Assembly: GCA_964016885.1 (NCBI GenBank)
Contig: OZ024740.1
Location: forward strand, 77,066,001-77,130,000
Origin: Eledone cirrhosa
Taxonomy: Eukaryota
Length of the DNA: 64,000 bases
Reading direction: 5' to 3'
Shown here: piece after piece, positions 25,891 through 39,800 of the stretch
How the letters are laid out: the number at the start of each line of letters is the position of its first letter
How positions within the stretch are numbered: the first letter of the stretch is position 1
The notes under the pieces: model-generated
What the model saw: the letters and a program-made list of their open reading frames with translations, nothing else
The model's database searches: none
Told to the model about the DNA's origin: nothing
Position numbers and translations under genes: made by a program

Positions 25891-28800
25891 GTGTTGGTGT
25901 TGGTGGTGGGGCTGGAGTGCTGTTGACGTTGATGTTGGTGTTGTTAACGATGGCATTGGAGTTGGCGTTGGTGTTGGTGGTGTGGCTGGAGTGCTGTTGA
26001 TATTTATGTTGGTGTTGTTAGCAATGGTATTGGAGTTGGTGTTGGTGTTGGTGTTGGTGGTGGGGCTGGAGTGCAGTTGCTGTTGATGTTGGTGTTGTTA
26101 GCGATGGTATTGGAGTTGGTGTTGGTGTTGGTGGTGGGGCTGGAATGCTGTTTATGTTGATGTTACTGTTGTTAGCGATGGTATTGGAGTTGGCGATGGT
26201 GTTGGTGTTGGTGGTGGGGCTGGAGTGCTGTTGATGTTGATGTTGGTGTTGTTAGCGATGGTATTGGATTTGGCGTTGGTGTTGGTGTTGGTGGTGGGGT
26301 TGGAGTGCTGTTGATGTTCATGTTGGTGTTGTTAGCGATGGTATGGGAGTTGTTGTTGGATTTGGTGTTCGGGCTGGGGTGCTGTTGATGTTGATGTTGG
26401 TGTTGTTAGGGATGGTATTGGAGTTGGCGTTGGTGTTGGTGTTGGGGCTGGAGTGCTGTTGATGTTGGTGTTGGTGTTGTTAGCGATGGTATTGGAGTTG
26501 TTGTTGGAGTTGGTGGTTGGGCTGGAGTGCTGTTGATGTTGATGTTGGTGTTGTTAGCGATGGTATTGGAGTTGGTGTTGGAGATGTGGGTGGGGCTGGA
26601 GTGCTGTTGATGTTGACATTGGTGTTGTTAGCGATGGTATTGGAGTTGGCGCTGGTGTTGGTGTTGGGGCTGGAGTGCTGTTGATGTTGATGTTGGTGTT
26701 GTTAGCGATGGTTTTGGTGTTGGCGTTGGTGTTGGTGGTGGGGCTGGAATGCTGTTTATGTTTATGTTAGTGTTGTTAGCGATGGTATTGGAGTTGGTGT
26801 TGGTGTTGGTGGTGGGGCTGGAGTGCTATTGATGTTGATATTGGTGTTGTTAGCGATGGTATTGGAGTTGGCGTTGGTTTTGGTGATGGTGGTTGGGCTG
26901 GAGTGCTGTTGATGTTGATGTTGGTGTTGTTAGCGATGGTATGGGAGTTGGTATTATAGTTGGTGTTGGGGCTGGAGTGCCGATGATGTTGATGTTGGTG
27001 TTGTTAGCGATGGTATTGGAGTTGTCGTTTGTGTTAGTGTTTATGGTGGGGCTGGAGTGCTTTTGATGTTGATGTTGGTGTTGTTAGCGATGGTATTGGA
27101 GTTGTCGTTTGTGTTAGTGTTTATGGTGGGGCTGGAGTGCTGTTGATGTTGATGTTGGTGTTGTTAGCGATGGTATTGGTGTTGGTGTTGGTGGTGGGGC
27201 TGGAGTGCTGTTGATGTTGATGTTGGTGTTGTTAGCGATGGTATTGGAGTTGGTGTTGGTGTTGGTGGTGGGGTTGGAGTGCTGTTGATGTTGATGTTGG
27301 TGTTGTTAGCGATGGTATTGGAGTTGGCGTTGGTGTTGGTGGTGGGGCTGGAGTGCTGTTGATGTTGATGTTGGTGTTGTTAGCGATGGTATTGGAGTTG
27401 GGGTTGGCGCTGGTGGTGGGGCTGGAGTGCTGTTGATGTTGATGTTGGTGTTGTTAGCGATGGTATTGGAGGTGGCGTTGGTGTTGGTGTTGGTGGTGGG
27501 GTTGGAGTGCTGTTGATGTTGATGTTGGTGTTGTTAGCGATGCTATTGGAGTTGGCGTTGGTGTCGGTGTTGGTGGTGGGGCTGGAGTGCTGTTGATGTT
27601 GATGTTGGTGTTGTTAGCGATGCTATTGGAGTTGGCGATGGTGTTGGTGGTGCGGCTGGAGTGCTGTTGATGTTGATGTTGGTGTTGTTAGCGATGCTAT
27701 TGGAGTTGGTGTTGGTGTTGGTGGTGGGGCTGGAGTGCTGTTGATGTTGATGTTGGTGTTGTTAGCGATGCTATTGGAGTTGGCGTTGATGTTGGTGTTG
27801 GTGGTGGGGTTGGAGTGCTGTTGATGTTGATGTTGGTGTTGTTGGCGATGGTATTGGAGTTGGTGTTGGTGGTGGGGCTGTAGTGCTGTTGATGTTGATG
27901 TTGGTGTTGTTGGCGATGGTATTGGAGTTGGCGTTGGTGTTGGTGTCGGTGGTGGGGTTGGAGTGCTGTTAATGTTAATGTTGGTGTTGTTAGCGATGGT
28001 ATTGGACTTGGTGTTGGTGGTGGGGCTGGAGTGCTGTTCATATTGATGTTGGTGTTGTTAGCGATGTTATTGGAGGTAGCGTTGGTGTTGGTGGTGGGGC
28101 TGGAGTGCTGTTGATGTTGATGTTGGTGTTGTTAGCGATGGTATTGGAGTTGGTGTTGGTGGTGGGGCTGGAGTGTTGTTCATGTTGATGTTGGTGTTGT
28201 TAGCGATGTTATTGGAGGTGGCGTTGGTGTTGGTGGTGGGGCTGGAGTGCTGTTGATGTTGATGTTCGTATTGTTAGCGATGGTATTGGAGTTGGTGTTG
28301 GTGTTGGTGGTGGGGCTGGAGCGCTGTTGATGTTGATGTTGGTGTTGTTAGCGATGGTATTGGAGTTGTCGTTGGTGTTGGTGTTGGTGGTGGGGCTGGA
28401 GTGCTGTTGATGTTAATGTTGGTGTTGTTAGCGATGTTATTGGAGGTGGCGTTGGTGTTGGTGGTGGGGCTGGAGTGCTGTTGATGTTGATGTTCGTATT
28501 GTTAGCGATGGTATTGGAGTTGGTGTTGGTGTTGGTGGTGGGGCTGGAGTGCTGTTGATGTTGATGTTGGTGTTGTTAGCGATGGTATTGGAGTTGGTGT
28601 TGGTGGTGGGGCTGTAGTGCTGTTGATGTTGATGTTGGTGTTGTTAGCGATGTTATTGGAGGTGGCGTTGGTGTTGGTGGTGGGGCTGGAGTGCTGTTGA
28701 TGTTCGTATTGTTAGCGATGGTATTGGAGTTGGTGTTGGTGTTGGTGGTGGGGCTGGAGTGCTGTTGATGTTGATGTTGGTGTTGTTAGCGATGGTATTG

Positions 28801-28899
28801 TAGGGGTCGTTGGTGTTGGTGTTGGTGGTGGGGCTGGAGTGCTGTTGATGTTGATGTTGGTGTTGTTAGCGATGGTATTGGAGTTGGTGTTGGTGTTGG

Positions 28900-31800
28900 C
28901 GGTGGGGCTGGAGTGCTGTTGATGTTGATGTTGGTGTTGTTAGGGATGGTATTGAGTTGTCGTTGGTGTTGGTGGTGGGGCTGGAGTGGTGTTGATGTTG
29001 ATGTTGGTGTTGTCAGCGATGGTACTGGAGTTCGTGTTGGTGTTAGTGGTGGGGCTGGAGTGTTGTTGATATTGATGTTGGTGTTGTTAGCGATGGTATT
29101 GAGTTGGCGTTGGTGTTGGTGGTGGGGCTGGAGTGCTGTTGATGTTGATGTTGGTGTTGTCAGCGATGGTACTGGAGTTGGTGTTGGGGCTGGTGGTGGG
29201 GCTGGAGTGCTGTTGATGTTGATGGTGTGTTGTTAGCGATGGTATTGGAGTTGGTGTTGGTGTTGTTGTTGGTGTTGTGGCAGGAGTGCTGTTGATGTTG
29301 ATGTTGGTGTTGTTAGCGATGGTATTGGAGTTGGCGTTGGTGTTGGAGTTGGTGGCGGGGCTGGAGTGCTCTAGATGTTGATGTTGGTGTTTTTAGCGAT
29401 GTTATTGGAGTTGGTGTTGGTGTTGTTGTTGGTGTTGTGGCAGAAGTGCTGTTGATGTTGATGTTGGTGTTGTTAGCGATGGTATTGGAGTTGGCGATGG
29501 TGTTGGTGTTGGTGGTGGGGCTGGAGCGCTGTTGATGTTGAAGTTGGTGTTGTTAGCGATGGTATTGGAGTTGGCGTTGGTGTTGGTGTTGGTGGTGTGG
29601 CTGGAGTGCTGTTGATGTTGATGTTGGTGTTGTTAGGGATGGTATTGGAGTTGGCGTTGGTGTTGGTGTTGGTGGTGGGGCTGGAGTGCTGTTGATATTG
29701 ATGTTGGTGTTGTTAGGGATGGTATTGAGTTGGCGTTGGTGTTGGTGGTGGGGCTGGAGTGCTGTTGATGTTGATGTTGGTGTTGTTAGGGATGGTATTG
29801 AGTTGGCGTTGGTGTTGGTGGTGGGGCTGGAGTGCTGTTGATGTTGATGTTGGTGTTGGTAGCGATGGTACTGGAGTTGGTGTTGGTGCTGGTGGTGGGG
29901 CTGGAGTGCTGTTGATGTTGATGTTGGTGTTGTTAGCGATGGTATTGGATTTGGCGTTGGTGTTGGTGTTGGTGGTGGGGTTGGAATGCTGTTGATGTTC
30001 ATGTTGGTGTTGTTAGCGATGGTATGGGAGTTGGTGTTGGATTTGGTGTTCTGGCTGTGTTGCTGTTGATGTTGATGTTGGTGTTGTTAGGGATGGTATT
30101 GGAGTTGGAGTTGGTGTTGGTGTTGGGGCTGGAGTGCTGTTGATGTTGATATTGGTGTTGTTAGCGATGGTATTAGAGTTGGCGTTGGTGTTGGTGTTGG
30201 GGCTGGAGTGCTGTTGATGTTGATGTTGGTGTTGTTAGCGATGTTATTGGAGTTGGTGTTGGAGTTGTGGGTGGGGCTGGAGTGCTGTTGATGTTGATAT
30301 TGGTGTTGTTAGCGATGGTATTAGAGTTGGTGTTGGTGTTGGTGGTGGGGCTGGAGTGCTGTTGATGTTGATGTTGGTGTTGTTAGCGATGCCATTGGAG
30401 TTGGCGTTGGTGTTGGTGTTGGGGCTGGAGTGCTGTTGATGTTGATGTTGGTGTTGTTAGCGATGGTATGGGAGTTGGTGTTGGTTTTGGTGTTGGGGCT
30501 GGAGTGCTGTTGATGTTGATGTTGGTGTTGTTAGCGATGGTAATGAAGTTGGCGTTGGTGTTGGTGTTGGTGGTGGGGTTGGAGTGCTGTTGATGTTAAT
30601 GTTGGTGTTGTTAGCGATGGTATTGGAGGTGGTGTTGGTGTTGGTGGTGGGGCTGGAGTGCTGTTTGTTTTGATGTTGGTGTTGTTAGGGATGGTATTGA
30701 GTTGGCGTTGGTGTTGGTGGTGGGGCTGGAGTGCTGTTGATGTTGATGTTGGTGTTGGTAGCGATGGTACTGGAGTTGGCGTTGGTGCTGGTGGTGGCGC
30801 TGGAGTGCTGTTGATGTTGATGGTGTGTTGTTAGCGATGGTATTGGAGTTGGTGTTGGTGTTGTTGTTGGTGTTGTGGCAGGAGTGCTGTTGATGTTGAT
30901 GTTGGTGTTGTTAGCGATGGTATTGGAGTTGGCGTTGGTGTTGGAGTTGGTGGTGGGGCTGGAGTGCTCTAGATGTTGATGTTGGTGTTTTTAGCGATGT
31001 TATTGGAGTTGGTGTTGGTGTTGTTGTTGGTGGTGTGGCTGGAGTGCTGTTGATGTTGATGTTAGTGTTGTTAGCGATGGTATTGGAGTTGGCGATGGTG
31101 TTGGTGTTGGTGGTGGGACTGGAGTGCTGTTGATGTTGAAGTTGGTGTTGTTAGCGATGGTATTGGTGTTGGCGTTGGTGTTGGTGTTGGTGGTGTGGCT
31201 GGAGTGCTGTTGATGTTGATGTTAGTGTTGTTAGCGATGGTATTGGAGTTGGCGATGGTGTTGGTGTTGGTGGTGGGCTTGGAGTGCTGTTGATGTTGAT
31301 GTTGGTGTTGTTAGCGATGGTATTGGAGTTGGCGTTGGTGTTGGTGTTGGTGGTGGGGTGGGAGTGCTGTTGATGTTGATGTTGGTGTTGTTAGCGATGG
31401 TTTTGGAGATGGCGTTGGTGTTGGTGTTGGTGGTGGGGCTGGAGTGCTGTTGATGTTGATGTTGGTGTTGTTAACGATGGTATTGGATTTGGCGTTGGTG
31501 TTGGTGTTGGTGGTGGGGCTGGAATGCTGTTGATGTTCATGTTGGTGTTGTTAGCGATGGTATGGGAGTTGGTGTTGGATTTGGTGTTCGGGCTGTGTTG
31601 CTGTTGATGTTGATGTTGGTGTTGTTAGGGATGGTATTGGAGTTGGAGTTGGTGTTGGTGTTGGGGCTGGAGTGCTGTTGATGTTGATATTGGTGTTGTT
31701 AGCGATGGTATTAGAGTTGGCGTTGGTGTTGGTGTTGGGGCTGGAGTGCTGTTGATGTTGATGTTGGGGTTGTTAGCGATGGTATTGGAGTTGGTGTTGG

Positions 31801-34800
31801 AGTTGTGGGTGGGGCTGGAGTGCTGTTGATGTTGATATTGGTGTTGTTAGCGATGGTATTAGAGTTGGTGTTGGTGTTGGTGGTGGGGCTGGAGTGCTGT
31901 TGATGTTGATGTTGGTGTTGTTAGTGATGCCATTGGAGTTGGCGTTGGTGTTGGTGTTGGGGCTGGAGTGCTGTTGATGTTGATGTTGGTGTTGTTAGCG
32001 ATGGTATTGGAGTTGGCGTTGGTGTTGGTTTGGTGTTGGTGGTGGGGTTGGAGTGCTGTTGATGTTAATGTTGGTGTTGTTAGCGATGGTATTGGAGTTG
32101 GTGTTGGAGTTGTGGGTGGGGCTGGAGTGCTGTTGATGTTGATATTGGTGTTGTTAGCGATGGTATTGGAGTTGGCGTTGGTGTTGGTGGTGAGGCTGGA
32201 GTGCTGTTGATGTTGATGTTTGTGTTGTTAGCGATGGTATTGGAGTTGGGGTTGGTGTTGGTTGTGGGGCTGGAGTGCTGTTGATGTTGATGTTGGTGTT
32301 GTTAGCGATGTTATTGGAGTTGGCGTTGGTGTTGGTGCTGGGGCTGGAGTGCTGTTGATGTTGATGTTGGTGTTGTTAGCGATGGTATGGGAGCTGGTGT
32401 TGGTTTTGGTGTTGGGGCTGGAGTGCTGTTGATGTTGATGTTGGTGTTGTTAGCGATGGTATTGGAGTTGGTGTTGGTGTTGGTGGTGGGGCTGGAGTGC
32501 TGTTGATGTTGATGTTGGTGTTGTTAGCGATTGTATTGGAGTTGGTGTTGGTGTTGGTGGTGGGGCTGGAGTGCTGTTGATGTTGATGTTGGTGTTGTTA
32601 GCGATGTTATTGGAGTTGGCGTTGGTGTTGGTGTTGGGGCTGGAGTGCTGTTGATGTTGATGTTGGTGTTGTTAGCGATGGTATTGGAGTTGGTGTTGGT
32701 GTTGGTGGTGGGGCTAGAGTGCAGTTGCTGTTGATGTTGGTGTTGTTAGCGATGGTTTTGGTGTTGGCGTTGGTGTTGGTGGTGGGGCTGGAATGCTGTT
32801 TATGTTGATGTTGGTGTTGTTATCGATGGTATTGGAGTTGGCGTTGGTGTTGGTGGTGGTGGTGGGGCTGGAGTGCTGTTGATGTTGATGTTGGTGTTGT
32901 TAGCGATGGTATTGGAGTTGGCATTGGTGTTGGTGGTGGTGGTGGGGCTGGAGTGCTGTTGATGTTGATGTTGGTGTTGTTAGCGATGGTATTGGAGTTG
33001 GTGTTGGACTTGTAGGTGGGGCTGGAGTGCTGTTGATGTTGATATTGGTGTTGTTAGCGATGGTATTGGAGCTGGCGTTGGTTTTGGTGGTGGTGGTGGG
33101 GTTGGAGTGCTGTTGATGTTGATGTTGGTGTTGTTAGCGATGGTATTGGAGTTGGCGTTGGTGTTGTTGTTGGTGTTGTGGCAGGAGTGCTGTTGATGTT
33201 GATGTTGGTGTTGTTAGCGATGGTATTGGAGTTGGTGTTGGTGTTGTTGTTGGTGTTGTGGCAGGAGTGCTGTTAATGTTGATGTTGGTGTTGTTAGCGA
33301 TGGTATTGGAGTTGGCGTTGGTGTTGGAGTTGGAGGTGGGGCTGGAGTGCTCTAGATGTTGATGTTGGTGTTTTTAGCGATGTTATTGGAGTTGGTGTTG
33401 GTGTTGTTGTTGGTGTTGTGCAGGAGTGCTGTTGATGTTGATGTTGGTGTTGTTAGCGATGGTATTGGAGTTGGCGTCGGTGTTGGAGTTGGTGGTGTGG
33501 CTGGAGTGCTGTTGATGTTGATGTTGGTGTTGTTAGCGATGGTTTTGGAGATGGCGTTGGTGTTGGTGTTGGTGGTGGGGCTGGAGTGCTGTTGATGTTG
33601 ATGTTGGTGTTGTTAACGATGGTATTGGAGTTGGCGTTGGTGTTGGTGTTGGTGGTGTGGCTGGAGTGCTGTTGATGTTGATGTTAGTGTTGTTAGCGAT
33701 GGTATTGGAGTTGGCGATGGTGTTGGTGTTGGTGGTGGGGTGGGAGTGCTGTTGATGTTGATGTTGGTGTTGTTAGCGATGGTTTTGGAGATGGCGTTGG
33801 TGTTGGTGTTGGTGGTGGGGCTGGAGTGCTGTTGATGTTGATGTTGGTGTTGTTAACGATGGTATTGGATTTGGCGTTGGTGTTGGTGTTGGTGGTGGGG
33901 TTGGAATGCTGTTGATGTTCATGTTGGTGTTGTTAGCGATGGTATGGGAGTTGGTGTTGGATTTGGTGTTGGGGCTGTGTTGCTGTTGATGTTGATGTTG
34001 GTGTTGTTAGGGATGGTATTGGAGTTGGAGTTGGTGTTGGTGTTGGGGCTGGAGTGCTGTTGATGTTGATGTTGGTGTTGTTAGCGATGGTATTGGAGTT
34101 GGTTTTGGAGTTGTGGGTGGGGATGGAGTGCTGTTGATGTTGATATTGGTGTTGTTAGCGATGGTATTAGAGTTGGCGTTGGTGTTGGTGTTGGGGCTGG
34201 AGTGCTGTTGATGTTGATGTTGGTGTTGTTAGCGATGGTATTGGAGTTGGTGTTGGAGTTGTGGGTGGGGCTGGAGTGCTGTTGATGTTGATATTGGTGT
34301 TGTTAGCGATGGTATTAGAGTTGGTGTTGGTGTTGGTGGTGGGGCTGGAGTGCTGTTGATGTTGATGTTGGTGTTGTTAGCGATGCCATTGGAGTTGGCG
34401 TTGGTGTTGGTGTTGGGGCTGGAGTGCTGTTGATGTTGATGTTGGTGTTGTTAGCGATGGTATGGGAGTTGGTGTTGGTTTTGGTGTTGGGGCTGGAGTG
34501 CTGTTGATGTTGATGTTGGTGTTGTTAGCGATGGTATTGGAGTTGGGGTTGGTGTTGGTGTTGGTGTTGGTGGTGGGGTTGGAGTGCTGTTGATGTTAAC
34601 GTTGGTGTTGTTAGCGATGGTATTGGAGTTGGTGTTGGAGTTGTGGGTGGGGCTGGAGTGCTGTTGATGTTGATATTGGTGTTGTTAGCGATGGTATGGG
34701 AGTTGGTGTTGTTTTTGGTGTTGGGGCTGGAGTGCTGTTGATGTTGGTGTTGTTAGCGATGGTATTGGAGTTGGTGTTGGTGTTGGTGGTGGGGCTGGAG

Positions 34801-36800
34801 TGCTGTTGATGTTGATGTTGGTGTTGTTAGCGATGGTATTGGAGTTGCGGTTGGTGTTGGTTGTGGGGCTGGAGTGCTGTTGATGTTGATGTTGGTGTTG
34901 TCAGCGATTGTATTGGAGTTGGTGTTGGTGTTGGTGGTGGGGCTGGAGTGCTGTTGATGTTGATGTTGGTGTTGTTAGCGATGTTATTGGAGTTGGCGTT
35001 GGTGTTGGTGTTGGGGCTGGAGTGCTGTTGATGTTGATGTTGGTGTTGTTAGCGATGGTATTGGAGTTGGCGTTGGTGTTGGTGGTGGGGCTGGAGTGGT
35101 GTTGATGTTGATGTTGGTGTTGTTAGCAATGGTATTGGTGTTGGTGTTGGTGTTTGTGGTGGGGCTAGAGTGCAGTTTCTGTTGATGTTGGTGTTGTTAG
35201 CGATGGTTTTGGTGTTGGCGTTGGTGTTGGTGGTGGGGCTGGAATGCTGTTTATGTTGATGTTAGTGTTGTTATCGATGGTATTGGAGTTGGCGATGGTG
35301 TTGACGTTGGTGGTGGGGCTGGAGTGCTGTTGATGTTGATGCTGGTGTTGTTATCGATGGTATTGGAGTTGGCGTTGGTGTTGGTGGTGGTGGTGGGGCT
35401 GGAGTGCTGTTGATGTTGATGTTGGTGTTGTTAGCGATGGTATTGGAGTTGGCATTGGTGTTGGTGGTGGTGGTGGGGCTGGAGTGCTGTTGATGTTGAT
35501 GTTGGTGTTGTTAGCGATGGTATTGGAGTTGGCATTGGTGTTGGTGGTGGCGGTGGGGCTGGAGTGCTGTTGATGTTGAGGTTGGTGTTGTTAGCGATGG
35601 TATTGGAGTTGGCATTGGTGTTGGTTGTGGGGCTGGGGCTGGAGTGCTGTTGATGTTGATGTTGGTGTTGTTAGCGATGGTATTGGAGTTGGTGTTGGAG
35701 TTGTAGGTGGGGCTGGAGTGTTGTTGATGTTGATATTGGTGTTGTTAGCGACGGTATTGGAGCTGGCGTTGGTTTTGGTGGTGGTGGTGGGGTTGGAGTG
35801 CTGTTGATGTTGATGTTGGTGTTGTTAGCGATGGTATTGGAGTTGGCGTTGGTGTTGTTGTTGGTGTTGTGGCAGGAGTGCTGTTGATGTTGATGTTGGT
35901 GTTGTTAGCGATGGTATTGAGTTGGCGTTGGTGTTGGTGGTGGCGCTGGAGTGCTGTTGATGGTGTGTTGTTAGCGATGGTATTGGAGTTGGTGTTGGTG
36001 TTGTTGTTGGTGTTGTGGCAGGAGTGCTGTTGATGTTGATGTTGGTGTTGTTAGCGATGGTATTGGAGTTGGCGTTGGTGTTGGAGTTGGCGTTGGTGTT
36101 GGAGTTGGAGGTGGGGCTGGAGTGCTCTAGATGTTGATGTTGGTGTTTTTAGCGATGTTATTGGAGTTGGTGTTGGTGTTGTTGTTGGTGTTGTGCAGGA
36201 GTGCTGTTGATGTTGATGTTGGTGTTGTTAGCGATGGTATTGGAGTTGGCGTTGGTGTTGGTGTTGGTGGTGTGGCTGGAGTGCTGTTGATGTTGATGTT
36301 AGTGTTGTTAGCGATGGTATTGGAGTTGGCGATTGTGTTGGTGTTGGTGGTGGGACTGGAGTGCTGTTGATGTTGATGTTGGTGTTGTTAGCGATGGTAT
36401 TGGAGTTGGCGTTGGTGTTGGTGTTGGTGGTGGGGTTGGAGTGCTGTTGATGTTGATGTTGGTGTTGTTTGCGATGGTTTTGGAGATGGCGTTGGTGTTG
36501 GTGTTGGTGGTGGGGCTGGAGTGCTGTTGATGTTGATGTTGGTGTTGTTAGCGATGGTATTGGATTTGGCGTTGGTGTTGGTGTTGGTGGTGGGGTTGGA
36601 ATGCTGTTGATGTTCATGTTGGTGTTGTTAGCGATGGTATGGGAGTTGGTGTTGGATTTGGTGTTCGGGCTGGGTTGCTGTTGATGTTGATGTTGGTGTT
36701 GTTAGCGATGGTATTGGAGTTGGTGTTGGAGTTGTGGGTGGGGCTGGATTGCTGTTGATGTTGATATTGGTGTTGTTAGCGATGGTATTAGAGATGGTGT
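28900..36800 (+). repeat. Subdomain with its own irregular higher-order repeat of about 1.5-2.8 kb
   Basis: GGATTTGGTGTT(C/G) at 30041, 31579, 33961 and 36656 (also 26360). GATGCCATTGG near 30391, 31929, 34385 and 36857. ORF pairs 33356/36131 and 32531/34908 are near-identical. Confidence 0.8.
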
Positions 36801-39800
36801 TGGTGTTGGTGGTGGGGCTGGAGTGCTGTTGATGTTGATGTTGGTGTTGTTAGCGATGCCATTGGAGTTGGCGTTGGTGTTGGTGTTGGGGCTGGAGTGC
36901 TGTTGATGTTGATGTTGGTGTTGTTAGCGATGGTATGGGAGTTGGTGTTGGTTTTGGTGTTGGGGCTGGAGTGCTGTTGATGTTGATGTTGGTGTTGTTA
37001 GCGATGGTATTGGAGTTGGCGTTGGTGTTGGTGTTGGTGGTGGGGTTGGAGTGCTGTTGATGTTAATGCTGGTGTTGTTAGCGATGGTATTGGAGTTGGT
37101 GTTGGAGTTGTGGGTGGGGCTGGAGGGCTGTTGATGTTGATATTGGTGTTGTTAGCGATGGTATTGGAGTTGGCGTTGGTGTTGGTGTTGGGGCTGGAGT
37201 GCTGTTGATGTTGATGTTGGTGTTGGTAGTGATGTTATTGGAGTTGGCGTTGGTGTTGGTGTTGGGGCTGGAGTGCTGTTGATGTTGATGTTGGTGTTGT
37301 TAGCGATGGTATGGGAGTTGGTGTTGGTGTGGGTGGTGGGGCTGGAGTGCTGTTGATGTTGATGTTGGTGTTGTTAGTGATGTTATTGGAGTTGGCGTTG
37401 GTGTTGGTGGTGGGCTGGAGTGCTGTTGATGTTGATGTTTGTGTTGTTAGCGATGGTATTGGAGTTGGGGTTGGTGTTGGTGGTGGGGCTGGAGTGCTGT
37501 TGATGTTGATGTTGGTGTTGTTAGCGATGTTATTGGAGTTGGCGTTGGTGTTGGTGTTGGGGCTGGAGTGCTGTTGATGTTGATGTTGGTGTTGTTAGCG
37601 ATGGTATGGGAGTTGGTGTTGGTTTTGGTGTTGGGGCTGGAGTGCTGTTGATGTTGATGTTGGTGTTGTTAGCGATGGTATTGGAATTGCGGTTGGTGTT
37701 GGTGGTGGGGCTGGAGTGCTGTTGATGTTGATGTTGGTGTTGTTAGCGATGGTATTGGAGTTGGTGTTGGTGATGGTGGTGGGGCTGGAGTACTGTTGAT
37801 GTTGATGTTGGTGTTGTTAGCGATGGTATTGGAGTTGGTGTTGGTGTTGGTGGTGGGGCTGGAGTGCTGTTGATGTTGATGTTGGTGTTGTTAGCGATGG
37901 TATTGGAGTTGCGGTTGGTGTTGGTTGTGGGGCTGGCGTGCTGTTGATGATGATGTTGGTGTTGTTAGCGATCGTATTGGAGTTGGTGTTGGTGTTGGTG
38001 GTGGGGCTGGAGTGCTGTTGATGTTGGTGTTGTTAGCGATGTTATTGGAGTTGGCGTTGGTGTTGGTGGTGGGGCTGGAGTGCTGTTGATGTTGATGTTG
38101 GTGTTGTTAGCGATGGCATTGGAGTTGGTGTTGGTGTTGGTGGTGGGGCTGGAGTACTGTTGATGTTGATGTTAGTGTTGTTAGCGATGGTTTTGGTGTT
38201 GGCGTTGGTGTCGGTGGTGGGGCTGGAGTGCTGTTGATGTTGATGTTGGTGTTGTTAGCGATGGTATGGGAGTTGGTGTTGGTGTTGGTGTCGGTGGTGG
38301 GGCTGGAGTGCTGTTGATGTTGATGTTGGTGTTGTTAGCGATGGTATGGGAGTTGGTGTTGGTGTTGGTGTTGGTGGTGGGGCTGGAGTGCTGTTGATGT
38401 TGATGTTGGTGTTGTTAGCGATGGTATTGGAGTTGGTGTTGGTGTTCGTGTTGGTGGTGGGGCTAGAGTGCAGTTGCTGTTGATGTTGGTGTTGTTAGCG
38501 ATGGTTTTGGTGTTGGCGTTGGTGTTGGTGGTGGGGCTGGAATGCTGTTTATGTTGATGCTAGTGTTGTTAGCGATGGTATTGGAGTTGGCGATGGTGTT
38601 GGTGTTGGTGGTGGGGCTGGAGTGCTGTTAATGTTGATGTTGGTGTTGTTAGCGATGGTATTGCAGTTGGCATTGGTGTTGGTGGTGGTGGTGGGGCTGG
38701 AGTGCTGTTGATGTTGATGTTGGTGTTGTTAGCGATGGTATTGGAGTTGGCACTGGTGTTGGTGGTGGTGGTGGGGCTGGAGTGCTGTTGATGTTGAGGT
38801 TGGTGTTGTTAGCGATGGTATTGGAGTTGGCATTGGTGTTGGTGGTGGTGGTGGGGCTGGAGTGCTGTTGATGTTGAGGTTGGTGTTGTTAGCGATGGTA
38901 TTGGAGTTGGCATTGGTGTTGGTGGTGGTGGTGGGGCTGGAGTGCTGATGATGTTGATGTTGGTGTTGTTAGCGATGGTATTGGAGCTGGCGTTGGTTTT
39001 GGTGGTGGTGGTGGGGCTGGAGTGCTGTTGATGTTGATGTTGGTGTTGTTAGCGATGGTATTGGAGTTGGTGTTGGTTTTGGTGTTGGGGCTGGAGTGCT
39101 GTTGATGTTGATGTTGGTGTTGTTAGCGATGGTATTGGAGTTGGCGATGGTGTTGGTGTTGGTGGTGGGGCTGGAGTGCTGTTGATGTTGATGTTGGTGT
39201 TGATAGCGATGGTATGGGTGTTGGTGTTGGTGTTGGTGGTGGGGCTGGAATGCTGTTTATGTTGATGTTGGTGTTGTTAGCGATGGTATTGGAGTTGGCG
39301 ATGGTGTTGGTGGTGGGGCTGGAGTGCTGTTGATGTTGATGTTGGTGTTGTTAGCGATGGTATGGGAGTTGGTGTTGGTGGAGGGCTGGAGTGCAGTTGC
39401 TGTTGTTGTTGGTGTTGTTAGCGATGGTATTGGAGTTGGTGTTGATGTTGGTGGTGGGGCTGGAGTGCTGTTGATGTTGATATTGGTGTTGTTAGCGATG
39501 GTATTGGAGTTGGTGTTGGTGTTGGTGGTGGGGCTGGAGTGCTGTTGATGTTGATGTTGGTGTTGTTAGCGATGGTATTGGAGTTGGTGTTGGAGTTGGT
39601 GGTGGGGCTGGAGTGCTGTTGATGTTGATGTTGGTGTTGTTAGCGATGGTATTGGAGTTGGCGTTGGTGTTGGTGTTGGTGGTGGGGTTGGAGTGCTGTT
39701 GATGTTGATGTTGGTGTTGTTAGCGATGGTATTGGAGTTGGCGTTGGTGTTGGTGGTGCGGCTGGAGTGCTGTTGATGTTGATGTTGGTGTTGTTAGGGA

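Noticed and set aside
27697-36617. Minus-strand ORFs of 114-149 aa resembling mucin or His/Gln-rich proteins
   Set aside because: Each exists only because one monomer lost its TAA by point mutation or a frameshift skipped it. They are not callable as CDS under the standard code.
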